Below are positions 1 to 18,919 of a DNA stretch of 64,000 nt, piece by piece. Source of the DNA: Eledone cirrhosa. Its lineage: Eukaryota. The position numbers and the translations under genes were made by a program. The stretch is from positions 85,436,001-85,500,000 of the forward strand of contig OZ024740.1 in the NCBI GenBank assembly GCA_964016885.1, given 5' to 3'. How positions within the stretch are numbered: the stretch's first letter is position 1; the number at the start of each line of letters is the position of its first letter. The notes beneath the pieces were generated by a model. That model had not been told where the DNA came from and searched no databases. It was given only the letters and a program-made list of their open reading frames with translations.

Positions 1-238
1 AAACGAGCAACGATGGTTTCTGGACACTACGGCTTAATACGGGATGTTTGTTTACAAACACCCCGAGCATTATAATAAATGTTCGGTGAATCAATACGTA
101 CATATATATATGTGTGCATGTATATATATATACATACTACTGTACGTCTGTATACATATATGTATGTACGTGTACATACTTATATTTAAGTAACAGCTGT
201 TCTAAGAGTGGGAAATGAAATTTCGTTTCATTTTTTCC

Positions 239-240
<2 letters not shown>

Positions 241-309
<69 letters not shown>

Positions 310-351
310 TATATTATATCATATTATATTATATTATATTATATCATATTA
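241..351. repeat. (TA)n microsatellite followed by (ATATT)n
   Basis: Direct reading of the sequence. Confidence 0.9.
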
Positions 352-535
352 TACCAATAAGCCAGAATATAAAATTTTAAATATCAAACTATAACTGAAG
401 TAGGGCACATTCAGCCATTATGTATTTACCCTATTTCCAGCTGTCTCTCATAAAAACGAAACATTCATATTAAAATCAGATTTGATATTTGTATTCATTT
501 TTATATCTCAGATGCGCATTGCATATATATATGCA

Positions 536-577
<42 letters not shown>

Positions 578-660
578 CTTATATTAAACTGCAACTAATG
601 TTGACACTCTTTAACTAAAGTCTTCTATGTGAGTTTTGCGGTCTTGATTTGCTTAAATAA

Positions 661-741
<81 letters not shown>

Positions 742-1117
742 ACTAGAATATATATATGCATGTATATATATGTGTGTGTGTGTTTGTCTGTCTTATATGT
801 TAGTTAACATCCAGAAACCATCTGGTTATGTAGACTTGGCAACAGTCCCGAAAATGTCTTGGAGCATTTTCCAAAAATATACCTCAATAGAGATAATTTC
901 TTCATATGTTTTATCGCATTTTACATATACTTTCTCGAACACTGGTTGTCAAATCTATAACAGAAGATCATTTACTGAATTAGCACAGTCGTTAGAGCGT
1001 CTGGTTCTATGCCTCGAGATTTGTTCCGTCTATCTAAACTGTGACTTGAAATCACGGCGAGATCGAGTTTGGCTTTTATCTTCTCGTGGGTTGATAAAAT
1101 AAAGTAGCAGTCCATGG

Positions 1118-1205
1118 GTGGTGAATTGGTAAAAGCGGTAGAGTAAGATGAGATGGTTAGCGGTGTCTGATCTGGTTTTTCACGTTCTGAGTTCAAATCT
1201 CACCT
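1118..1205 (+). mobile_element. Truncated, diverged tRNA-derived SINE head
   Basis: GGTGAATTGGTAAAAGCGGTAGAG...TTCTGAGTTCAAATCTCACC resembles the head of the complete SINE copies elsewhere in this window. Confidence 0.55.
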
Positions 1206-1683
1206 CCTTCTACTAGTTACTGCGATCGGCAGATGGCATCATCAATGGAAAGACCAATAGAAACAGTTTCCTTTGTCCGATTTGACGATCGGCTTCTTTA
1301 CTTTTCTACACATTCAGGACCGCTACGTAGCCTAGGCCTTCTCCCAAAATAATGGTAGTTTGGTAGTAGGAATTATTTCGAAAATTCTTCGACCGACCGA
1401 TTTAAATCTGTACCTCATCCAGTCGGCCATCTGTGATACTATGTCACTGAAAGAGCACCATAGCACTAAATAAGTCGTTGCATCACCACCAAACAGAGAA
1501 GAATGTTCAAGACAAATACATATATTGGAGTCTATCACCCTGCAATCCAGGTTGTTAACTGTGACCGGAAATCGCAGGTATGAAAAATAGGTGAAATGTG
1601 ATGGTTCAACCGAGGAATTGAACCTGTAGAATCAGCTGCTACCATTCTATTTTAGTTTTCTTCCACTTAACAGATCTTCTCAA

Positions 1684-1958
1684 CACACACACGCAAGTAC
1701 ACACGCACTCGCCCTCTTTCTCTCTCCCTCTCCCTACCTCTACCCATTTCTTTCTCCTTCTCTCTCTCACTTTTTTCACTCCCTCTCACTCTCTCACAAC
1801 CCCTTTCTCACGCCCTCCCTCTCTCATTCTCTCTCTACCCTTTTCTCACGCCCCCTCTCTCTCTCTCACACCTCCCCTCTCACTCTCTCGTCTTCTCTCT
1901 CTCTCCCTCTTTCTCTCCCTCTTCCTCACCTCTTCTCTCTCTGTCTCTCTTGTCTCTC
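1684..1958. repeat. CT-rich low-complexity tract
   Basis: Imperfect (CT)n/(CA)n sequence. Confidence 0.85.
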
Positions 1959-2744
1959 ATGAGGAAGTGACTACAAGAATGTAGAAGTTTTGTCTTTCGT
2001 TTTTCCTCGTATTTTTTCTATCTTCAATTTTTATTAAGAAATTCAAGGAATATGAAATGGGTGAAGCTATAAATTCCTCAAAGTCTAGTTGTTTCTACCA
2101 ACCTTGAGATGGAATCCAACATTTCAAAACACTTACTGATTAGGCATATTTTGTCTTTTATTATTTTTATTTTACAATATAGAGAGAATTAACGGCGAAA
2201 AATTCTTTAAATCTTTAAATCCAGCTACATGTAAAATCGTAAATATTTCTTTTTTATCTAATTCAGAATAACAGAACCAAAACAAAACAAATTTATCCAA
2301 CGTATCAATTATAATTAATTATGTTCGCCTTTTACATAATTGGCATTGTGCCTAATCAAAATAAATGTATAAGGTGAACAAAATTATTTATAATTAAGTG
2401 ACCGGCATTTTACTGGCTGTAATTCAATCGGTAATCAATAAGGGATACAAAAAAAAGGAGGAACGGACCTCTGGATACTGAAAATACGTGAAGTGAAGGA
2501 ATTTTTGCAGTAATTTCGATAGATGAGGGAGTTCTAGTTGTTTAATGAATGGACCCACAGATTCATTCAATTATCATTTATTGCAATACAAAATATATAG
2601 TAGTAAATAAAAAAAGATGTTCAATATACATAGCAATAAGGAAACACACACAGGGGAAGGGAAAAAGAGCAAGAAAAAAGGGATTAAGCAACGAAAGAAA
2701 GGGAGAGCTACACAGGCTCTACAGCCCAATCTGCGTGGTGCAAA

Positions 2745-2830
2745 TAAAATAGCAAAGGTATTGCCATAGAGAATGGCCAGCGACGCCCTCTGTAACAGCC
2801 ACTTCTCTAGTGTAATTAGTATAATCCTTG
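2745..2830 (-). mobile_element. 3' stub of a CRE-like (RLE) non-LTR retrotransposon
   Basis: Translates LEKWLLQRASLAILYGNTFAIL, matching the C-terminal WLFQHLSLAI..NA motif of the 24338-24780 copy. Confidence 0.5.
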
Positions 2831-3145
2831 GGAAGACTCGACGTGACTCAGTCATATCACAAAATCTGGCGGGTTTGGGTCAATGACAGCCAACACACTT
2901 TTCGTCTCTCCAATTTTACTTACAAGACTTCAGTCGATTCTAAGCTATGGGAGAAGATACTTGTCGAAGGTACTAAACTGTGGGCTCGAAAACGGAACTT
3001 GGCGATTCAGATGCAAACTTTTAAACCACACGTTGATATACTCATACTACAAGACAGCGTTTCTCAACATTTTTACTCTTGTGGAACCGTTGAAATAGTT
3101 TTCATGTTTCAGGGAACCTCTGTATAAAAATTATTATATGCCATT

Positions 3146-3335
3146 GGATTGGCAGTATCAGTAGAGAGTCAGACACCATGCTTTGCCGCATAGAGTTACG
3201 GGCCTTTATGATCTGAGTTCATATCCCGCCAAGGTTAACTTTGCCTTTCATCCTCACAGGATCGATAAAATAAAGCACCAGTAATGTACTGGGGAAATTG
3301 CTGGCCTTGTGCCAAAAGTAGAAACAATTATTAAT
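3146..3335 (+). mobile_element. tRNA-derived SINE (cephalopod-type)
   Basis: A-box-like TGGCAGTATCAGTAGA, B-box-like GAGTTCATATCCC, core TTGCCTTTCATCC..GATCGATAAAATAAAGCACCAG, tail GGCCTTGTGCCAAAAGTAGAAACAATTATT; many near-identical copies in the window. Confidence 0.85.
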
Positions 3336-3499
3336 ACCTAAATGCATTAGCTTATTTATTATTGTTTCTCTCGAAAACCCTAGCAACCTATTGCGGGACC
3401 TTAAGGTTCTGGGGCACACCAGTTGAGAAACGCTGCTATAAGAGATAAAACGCGCTACCATTTCTGTTACCTAAACACACACACGTCAGACAACTAGGT

Positions 3500-3657
3500 A
3501 GCTTCTAAGTGGTTACTCGAACGGCTAGAAATAGTAGCCCCCCCCCCCCCACACACACACACAAAGAAATATAGAATTAAAAAAGGAAAGCCACGACTGG
3601 AATGTATTTAATCGGAAGTATGCTCGGTTAGAGCTGACGTAGGGTTAAACAACAAAC
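3500..3657 (+). mobile_element. Probable SINE/LINE 3' tail fragment ending ...GACGTAGGGTTAAACAACAA
   Basis: Ends in an (AAC)-rich tail whose sequence matches the unit of the adjacent minisatellite. Confidence 0.4.
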
Positions 3658-3814
3658 ATTGCCTGTATGTATGAATATATGGTTCCGGAACTCCTGATAG
3701 TGTCGTAGGGGCGCCGTATTGACATACGGCGTTTCTTCGGCATATTAAGCCTGGAGGAGCCCATCCCGCTCCAGGCCTGAGTACAGCAGATTTCTTCCAG
3801 AGTGAAGAAGAATC

Positions 3815-3972
3815 AACTCCAGTACTAGACAGGTACTTTTTTTTTATCGACCTTGAAAGGATGAAAGGCAAAGTTGACTCCGGCGGGATTTGAACTCAGA
3901 GAGCAGAGAGCCGAAACGAATATCATAAAGCATTATATCCGACGTTCTAACGACTCTGCCGATTCGCCACCT
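3815..3972 (-). mobile_element. tRNA-derived SINE
   Basis: Reverse complement of the SINE core: GGTACTTT..TATCGACCTTGAAAGGATGAAAGGCAAAGTTGACTCCGGCGGGATTTGAACTCAGA. Confidence 0.8.
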
Positions 3973-3977
3973 ATAGA

Positions 3978-5512
3978 TGGTCTGATGCATGGCTAAACAA
4001 CAGCCAAACACAGTCTGGCGTATGGTTAAACAACAGCTAAACACAGTCTAACGTCGGGCTAAACAACAGTAAAATACAGTCTAATGTCGGGCTAAACAAC
4101 AGTTAAATACAGTCTAACGTCGGGCTAAACAACAGCTAAAGACAGTCTAACGTCGGGCTAAACAACAGCTAAACACTGTCTGGCGTAGGGTGAACAACAG
4201 CTAAACACTGTCTGACGTCGGGCTGAACAACAGCTAAACACTGTCTGGCGTATGGCTGAACAACAGTTAAACACAGTCCAACGTCGGGCTAAACAACAGT
4301 TAAACAGTCTAACGTCGGGCTAAACAACAGCTAAACACAGTCTAACGTCGGGCTAAACAACAGTTAAACACAAACTAACGTAGGGCTAAACAACTACTAA
4401 ACACAGTCTAACGTCGGGCTAAACAACAGCTAAACACAGTCTAACGTCGGGCTAAACAACAGTTAAACACAAACTAACGTAGGGCTAAACAACTACTAAA
4501 CACAGTCTAACGTCAGGCTAAACAACAGCTAAATACAGTCTAACGTCGGGCTAAACAACAGCTAAATACAGTCTAACGTCGAGCTAAACAACAGCTAAAC
4601 ACAGTCTAACGTCGGGCTAACCAACAGTTAAACACAAACTAACGTAGGGTTAAACAACTACTAAACACAGTTTAACGTCGGTCTAAACAACAGCTAAATA
4701 CAGTCTAACGTCAGGCTAAACAACAGTTAAACACTGTCTAACGTCGGGCTAAATAACAGCTAAACACATCTAACGTCGGGCTGAACAACAGCTAAACACT
4801 GTCCGGCGTCGGGCTAAACAACAGTTAAACACTGTCTTGCGTATGGCTGAACAACAGTTAAACACAGTCTAACGTCGGGCTAAACAACAGCTAAACACTG
4901 TCTAACGTCGGGCTAAACAACAGCTAAACACAGTCTAACGTCGGGCTAAACGACAGCTAAACGCTGTCTAACGTCAGGCTAAACAAGAGCTAAACACATC
5001 TAACGTCGGGCTAAACAACAGTTAAACACAGTATAACGTCGGGCCAAGCAACAGCTAAACGCAGTCTAACGTCGGGCTAAACAACAGCTAAAGACATCTA
5101 ACGTCGGGCTAAACAACAGTTAAACACAGTCTAACGTCGGGCTAAACAACAGCTAAACACAGTCTAACGTCGGGCTAAACGACAGCTAAACGCTGTCTAA
5201 CGTCAGGCTAAACAAGAGCTAAACACATCTAACGTCGGGCTAAACAACAGTTAAACACAGTATAATGTCGGGCCAAGCAACAGCTAAACGCAGTCTAACG
5301 TCGGGCTAAACGACAGCTAAACGCTGTCTAACGTCGGGCTAAACAAGAGCTAAACACAGTCTAACGTCGGTCTAAACAACAGCTAAACACAGTTTAACGT
5401 CGGGCTAAACAACAGCTAAACACAGTCTAACGTCGGGCTAAACAACAGCTAAACACAGTCTAACGTCGGGCTAAACAACAGCTAAACACGGTCTGGCATA
5501 GGGCTAAACACA
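3978..5512. repeat. 33-bp minisatellite, about 46 units (GTCTAACGTCGGGCTAAACAACAGCTAAACACA)
   Basis: Tandem units read directly, with occasional 31-bp variants and recurrent variant blocks. Confidence 0.95.
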
Positions 5513-5733
5513 ACTCTCTTGAAATCAAAAATGAAATACGAAAGAAGTATATTAGCCACCTTTCACGTGTTGTTTACGTCTAGATAAAACCCGATTAAAT
5601 CCGATTATACCAATCTAAATTCTTTACTCCCAAGAGTCTTCTTGAATTGATATCAATGACTATTTGAACAGTTTTCTTTATTCGGTTAATTCAAACACGA
5701 ATATATATAGAGGCTGCACCTATCAGCGATAAT

Positions 5734-12385
<6,652 letters not shown>

Positions 12386-12659
12386 ATACATATATATATA
12401 TACATATATATATATACGTGCATACATACATGCATACATACACACACACATTTATATTTATGTGCGTGTGTGTGTATTTAGTACAGTAAATATTAGCGAA
12501 AGCCATATGATGTTGTGCAAATATTTATTCAGCTATTATACATATTTTTCTGACATGTCAACTATACTGTTCTATGTATCCACAAATTGTTTATTAAATA
12601 TTATACACACAAACCATGTCTCTTTGTTACATTCATACACACTAGTATTTCGCTATAAT

Positions 12660-12719
12660 TGGTGACCCACGACGTGATACGAACACGCAGCCGTTCATTG
12701 TTATAAGTGGTGACCCCGA
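12660..12719 (+). other. tRNA-Trp-complementary primer-binding-site-like sequence (two copies); LTR retrotransposon relic
   Basis: TGGTGACCCACGACGTGATACGAACACGCAGCC (12660-12692) is complementary to the CCA-ended 3' part of animal tRNA-Trp; a second TGGTGACCCCGA lies at 12708-12719. Confidence 0.7.
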
Positions 12720-13024
12720 AAAAAGAAAAAAATAGCAAAATCTGGTGTTGTGTGAGTAACATTACGAATACACAGCAAATTTTATTGACAAACTATGAAA
12801 ATACGTAGTCAAAGAAACGCACATGTGAAATTTTCGGACAGACAGACTTTTTCCCTCACGCATCAACTAACTGTCGCATTTCACGATATATATATATATG
12901 TTTCTCGTTTCTTACAACGAACACTTTAGAAAAAAAAAAAAAAAAAAAAAAAATTGATTTTAAAAAAACCCCACATTACAACAGGAACATTTATTTTCGA
13001 TGAACAGTATAGTTGACATGTCAA

Positions 13025-13306
13025 TGAGTAGATGAAAGAATGAAACAAAGTTATTAGTTCCCGCTTGGTTGCCAGGGTTACACACGCCTGAGTGAAGACT
13101 CCTGGCCAAGGCCAGGAGGCGCCTGACCGAAAGGGCGAATGAATGATAGAGAGCTTAACGTTGTTAGTTTTATAGGGTTCTGACCAGAAGTTACAGAAAG
13201 GGTTCTACTTCCTGTCTAGAGACCGTTAATCTATTGGGGTTGTGAGTGTCACGACAAGGGAGGCAACTCCTGCTACAAAAGCAACATCATTAATCAGCCC
13301 GTGACA
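13025..13306 (-). mobile_element. Possible solo LTR
   Basis: Reads TGTCAC...CTACTCA on the minus strand, about 280 bp and GC-richer than its flanks; no clear TSD. Confidence 0.3.
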
Positions 13307-13336
13307 TATCAATGAATTGAAACAACATGGGACATT

Positions 13337-13452
13337 TTTATTTTTTCTTCATGTCATGTTATTTTTCTTCATGTCATCTTATTTTTCTTCATGTCATCTT
13401 ATTTTTCTTCATGTCATCTTATTTTTCTTCATGTCATCTTATTTTTCTTCGT
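13337..13452. repeat. 20-bp tandem repeat (TTATTTTTCTTCATGTCATC) x ~6
   Basis: Direct reading. Confidence 0.9.
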
Positions 13453-13904
13453 GTAACTGTTCAGCAATAGATGTTTGATAAGATCATAATTGTTGCATAA
13501 CAGTTATCATCGAACTATGTATAACAGCAATTGTGTAACGAATAAATGAAGTAAATTCTAACCTATTGACTTATACTTCATTATAACCTTCGGCTTCCAG
13601 GACGCATGGTAGATTTCTGAGACTTATTTTTAGGAAAAGAGTAGCGTCTTTGATGCCGGGAAATACGGTATTAATTTAAATAAGGCGTCATTATAATTGG
13701 TGGGTTTGTTTCATAGAACAAGAACCGATTTGTGCTGGGTTGGTAGCAAATGGGTTACATACTATCTTTATGTATGCGTAAACACTTCAACGATCTGTAG
13801 TAGAACATCGAGTTCTTAAATGTTATTCGTGGTGGATAATTAGAGCTGGGTTGACATATGCTAATGTCAATTTACAACAGTAAGCTCTACAATCACTTAA
13901 ATAT

Positions 13905-14062
13905 GGCTTCTGATTTAGGCACTAAACCGATAATTTATAGGGTGGGCAAAGTCGATTAAATCGACTCCAGTGTGTTACTGGTACTTTATTTTTACCCTGT
14001 AACGATGAAAGACAAAGCTAACCTCGGCAGCATTTGGACCTAGAATGTATAGGGCCGTAACA
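13905..14062 (-). mobile_element. Diverged tRNA-derived SINE
   Basis: CTGGTACTTTATTTT..GATGAAAGACAAAGCTAACCTCGGC core. Confidence 0.7.
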
Positions 14063-14884
14063 AACATTTAAATAGGAAAGTGATTTCACGATACAACTGA
14101 ACTCTGTCGGCGTTAATGCCAGGCGCACAGGTAGGTCAGTCAATATCTTGTTTGAGTGTGGATAAATCACACATCTGGGACGCATTCTCCGATGCTAACT
14201 CGGACAACGAAGAGGTTTTGTTCCTTTTGTTTCGATTCATGTAATTCTAATAGTACATATTTGTAAGAGGAGACAACTTTAAAATCCTTTTGTAGGAGTT
14301 ACCTCCCCTGTCAATAGTAATTACTATGACTACTTACAGCGGCAGCCGAATAATTACGTCAGCAATAGCAAAATACATCAGTGAAGGAATTTCCCGAATG
14401 GTTTATTCCTACCTTACTACCTATCTACCTACCGAATCGCAAGGCAATGTTTGAAATCAAATTAACATTCATTAGTAGATTAAATAGAAGAGTGGGATAA
14501 TAATGGGAGGGCTCAAACGACATGCAAAAGTACCTGAAATCCAACCACAGCCGGCTATTGGCACATATTCTTCATTGACCATACTTAGATATGGAATGAC
14601 ACACAGCCCCGGCGGACAGGATTACCTATCTGCTTACTTATCTATCTACCTGCATATCTACCTACCTATTTTCCAGCCTACATACTTACCTACGCAGCTA
14701 CCCTTACTTATCTTCCTACATTCATACCTACCCCTAATTACATACCTACTTATCTTCCTACCTAGCTATATACATACCTATCTACCTACTCCCCCTCCCT
14801 CCCTACTTGTCTATCTATCTACCTACCTGTCTACCTAGCTACTTAACTACCTACCCATATGTATGTATGAATGATGTATGTATG

Positions 14885-16892
14885 TTCTTCTGGTTTTATA
14901 ATTTTATAAATTTTTACTAATAGAGTGAGAGAGTTGGCTTATACGATAGATACAAGACTCTCTCATTGGAATTTAAACAACATCAACTCGGTAGATAAGT
15001 ATGCATGTGTGTGCAGGTATGGGGGTTATTGTATGTATGGATATGGATGTTTTGAGTTGTATGTGTGCATGTTCATATGCTTTGTATCTGTACATGTGAA
15101 TCTGTACATGCAATTATTTGACGCAGAATTTTTGTAATGTTTTACATAATTTTACAGTTCCATTAATGGATTTTATTTGTAATTTCCTAACTAGTCGTGT
15201 TCTTTGTGAAGCCTAGCTCCTCATGATTTGTACTGAGGCAGTTACTAACATATCCCAGTGCCCCAATAATCACAGGTATAAATCTGAAGGTATAGTTAAG
15301 ATGGAGTATCTGCAGATTTCTCATTAGTTCTGCATAGATATTCTCCTTTTCGCTGATCTTTAATATTATATTGGCATCTGCTGCGTAGCTAACTTCCACT
15401 ACTGTGCATGCCTTCTTTTCCCTGTCCATATTATTATATCTGGTCTGTTATGTTTGCATGTTATTGGGGTTTTGACTGGAACATTCCACCAGTACTCTTT
15501 CATATTATGTATGTATATGTCTTCCACATTGCTGTAACTTTTAATGTTTATTGTCGGGGCTACCTTTTCTACGGATTGCATTGTACCGTGTTTTGGCCAC
15601 TACATCATGCCTCATAGGTAGATAGTACCGTGATGACATCTTTAGACAGCTGCTTATGACATGGGTGACATCGATGTTAATTCTGCAGAGTCTGCATTTA
15701 TTATCACATCTAGGTGTTTTGTCTGCATCCCTATCTCTTTTCTGAATCAAGTATTTTGTGTTGATTTCCTGTTCTTGGATTGCAAAAGCATATCCTTCAA
15801 AGTGGGAGCCAATATAGCGGTTGTTGGTCCAAGATAGACTACTTTGCTTATCTATATTACTCTCACTCTGGAGCTTCCTGGCAACATATCCATGCATGAC
15901 CTTTTGCTGATAAGCATGCAGTTTTTCATCAATGGATTCACTGTGGTATCCCTGGATGTGAGCTTTTGATTATCATGCAGGGAGTATCTTTCAATCAGTT
16001 CCTTCCCAACTCTCATGATCTTATCTGTCTCATGCAGACAGACTTGTTCAGTAGATGGGCTCCTACGTTTAGAGGTTCGTAAGTGTTGTCGGAGGGATAT
16101 GATGCGATATTCAAATGAATGCTGTCTGAACTGATGTTAGGCCTCTGCCTCCCTGTTTACGTTTCAAGTAAAGGTGGTCTATGTCACTGTTGTTGTGGAA
16201 GTTGTCGGAGCTGTTTAGTATTTTTCGAGTCCTAACATCAATTGCTAGTCCAATTGAATATTCCAAACGTTGGTGTTAGGACAGGCACAGCAAACGTATT
16301 GTGAGCCACTGTTTTATTGTGCGCAGAGTTCCGATGACTATATTTTTCTTAATCGGGTCTAATATTCCCTGGTTACGCGTTCCTTATTACAAATACCATT
16401 ATAGGATATATTCTCATCTATCCCCAGGTATCTGTAGCAGTCCTCGTCAGATATCGGTGAAACTGTTAGGCTATTAATAAAAATGTTGTTAGATTGGGTT
16501 GTAGTTTTTCCCCGCTTTACAATCTCAGTGTATCAACACAAAAGGTATACAAGACCCCTAAATGTTGGTCAAAGATACCACCACCATATCCTTCTAGCTA
16601 TTCTGAATGCTTTACTGGCGCCATGCTTTACTGAATGCTTTACTGGCTGCCCACCTATACATGAATCGGGTCAACTCCATACCTATATACTTTGAGAATG
16701 CTGTAACCAGGTCAAGATTTTTCTTCATCCCATTTATTTTCTTGGCATAGAGTTTCAGGTCATCCTCAAATAAATTATGGGTTAAGTTCCTATTTCTACC
16801 TCCTGTGAGCCAATGATGTATCCTTCACATTTCTTGAGCAGAAAGGACAAGGGGTTTAATGACAGGATAAATAGTAGTACAGTGAGACTGTT
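14885..16892 (-). mobile_element. Degenerate, 5'-truncated R4/Dong-like non-LTR retrotransposon (RT C-terminal half + CCHC finger + restriction-like endonuclease)
   Basis: Minus-strand fragments LTHNLFEDDLKLY (RT domain 5, ~16745-16785), CRLCRINIDVTHVISSC..RHDVVAK (CCHC), HNRPDIIIW/DREKKACTVVEVS (PD-D/E RLE); several frameshifts; (TATG)n on both sides. Confidence 0.8.
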
Positions 16893-16971
16893 TATGTATG
16901 TATGTATGTATGTATGTATGTATGTATGTATGTATGTATGTATGTATGTATGTATGTATGTATGTATGTAT
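16893..16971. repeat. (TATG)n microsatellite
   Basis: Direct reading. Confidence 0.95.
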
Positions 16972-17431
16972 CAAAGGGCAAAGGAGCTCTTAAGAGTCAA
17001 TGGCCATCCAAAATCACCGGTAGAGATGACCTCTTAGCCTTTGTCAAGGCAGAATTCTGATATAACACCTTTAACCCTGATGGTATCCAATGATGTTGAC
17101 TTGTTCTTCTTTTTGGTAAATATCATCTTGGTTAAGAGAGTGGGACTGACTTTGTGCAGTGCCTTTGCTCACTATAAAAGCTTCACGGCACAAGCATTGC
17201 TTTATATCTGGAGATCTCTCTGCACTTGTGGTCACATGGTACCATGGGCCCAGCACTATGTGTCAATAATTGTCACAAGTGTAGTGTTTGTACCAGAGTT
17301 TTCAAGTCGCTGGCTGGACTAAAAAGTCACACTCGTTCAGCGCATCGGTAGGGGTTCTCCTACATGGATATAAAGTAGTGGCCGTACTCGAAAACGAGTT
17401 GGCAGCCACCATATATATATATATATATATT

Positions 17432-17867
17432 ATGAAGAGAGAAGAAACATTTAGATATAATTAGTAATAAAATGTATCATACCTAAACTGCTCCTAAATT
17501 CCTCGACTACGTAGTTTCGTGGCATAAACAAAAACAATATATCATAAAGATATAGAGTCCTTGCGAGGTCTGCCGACTTATCAAGAGGATACCTCATTTT
17601 ACTAGTCTCAAGAACGCGTCTACACGACGTGAGAAAGAATCCCAAAAGGCGGAGGGGGAGATAGTCACGCGATATAACGGTCGAGAAACAGAGCTAAGCC
17701 TCTTATAACCCTGAAGAAAATACCACGGAGGCGGAGGGGGTATTTATATCGAGGCCGTAGAAGAGGTGGTGAAGAAGGCGAGAAGTATGAGTAATGGAAG
17801 CTTTCCGGCTGTCCCCACACTTCAAAGATTGCTCGACCAGAGGGAGTTATTAACAATATATTTAGAA

Positions 17868-17871
<4 letters not shown>
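17432..17871 (-). mobile_element. PLE pseudo-LTR fragment inserted in (TA)n, containing a hammerhead
   Basis: Flanked by (TA)n on both sides; contains the hammerhead at 17500-17589. Confidence 0.6.
17500..17589 (-). ncRNA. Type I hammerhead ribozyme, U3:A8 variant
   Basis: Minus strand: tcctc TTGATAA gtcggca...tgccac GAAA ctacgtag TC gagga. Stem I is tcctc/gagga, stem III is the palindrome ACTACGTAGT, cleavage triplet GUC. Confidence 0.8.
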
Positions 17872-17900
<29 letters not shown>

Positions 17901-17901
<1 letters not shown>

Positions 17902-18057
17902 CGAAGGAAATGTGGTAAGGAACCAGGTGGACCATAACGCACCAAAGTACTCAATACTTAGGGTAGTCGAGTGGGTAATAGGAACGAGTAGGACCAGACG
18001 GCTGAGCTCAAGCCGTCGAAACGGCTTGAGCTCAGCCGTCGGGGTCCTACTCGTTCC

Positions 18058-18061
<4 letters not shown>
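17901..18061. mobile_element. Short (TA)n-embedded tail + hairpin insertion (family also at 51803-51929)
   Basis: A unique ~77-nt segment, then the near-perfect hairpin ATAGGAACGAGTAGGACC..GACGGCTGAGCTCAAGCCGT cgaa ACGGCTTGAGCTCAGCCGTC..GGTCCTACTCGTTCCTAT. Confidence 0.7.
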
Positions 18062-18148
<87 letters not shown>

Positions 18149-18248
18149 AAATTGAGGTTGGTAATGGCACATGGAATATATAAGAGACAGAATACTTTTT
18201 TGTGAAAAAACATAATTTTATAAGGTAAGGAAATAATAAAGGGTATAA

Positions 18249-18296
18249 AAAATGACCGGTTTCGATGGGTCGGCAAAAGCCATCTTTTCAAATGTT
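18249..18296 (-). ncRNA. Type I hammerhead ribozyme, U3:A8 variant
   Basis: aacat TTGAAAA gatgg-loop-ccatc GAAA ccgg TC atttt. Palindromic stem III ACCGGT; weak stem I. Confidence 0.65.
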
Positions 18297-18747
18297 GATT
18301 AATATTAAGAAAAATTAATAATACGAAGGTTAAAATTTGAGATTTGAAAATTCAAGTATAAAATTCATTGTGGGATTTCATAGCAGTTTTCATCTAGATA
18401 GCAACAACAGGTTGACTGCTGTGTCCCTTTCTGGTAGTAAATGAGAAGTTATTTGGGATGTGGGTTATTTTATAAAGGTCAGATTTAGCAATCGCCAACT
18501 GGCCAGCTGCTGGTCAGTGAGGGGGTGGAAGCAATATACATACACATATCTTCCTGTGGTGGGTAGGAGAGTGGAGCGTGATAGAAAGGGATTTAGTGCA
18601 CTTACACCTATATATACACACATACCTTCATCCACACATACATACATATACATATACATATACATATATATATATATATATATACATATACACACATACA
18701 TACACACACACATACATATACATACACACACACACATATATACACAT

Positions 18748-18800
<53 letters not shown>

Positions 18801-18835
18801 TATATATATATACATACACATACATCCAGATACAC

Positions 18836-18878
<43 letters not shown>

Positions 18879-18881
18879 CAC

Positions 18882-18919
<38 letters not shown>

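Noticed and set aside
3978-5512. CRISPR-like array (33-bp periodicity)
   Set aside because: Units are head-to-tail with no unique spacers, there are no cas genes, and the context is eukaryotic.
12660-12692. tRNA-Trp gene
   Set aside because: Only the 3' part is present, it includes the CCA complement, and there is no anticodon arm or D-arm.
17996-18040. Hammerhead in CTGAG...GAAA within the hairpin
   Set aside because: No GA at positions 8-9 and no three-way junction; it is a simple hairpin.
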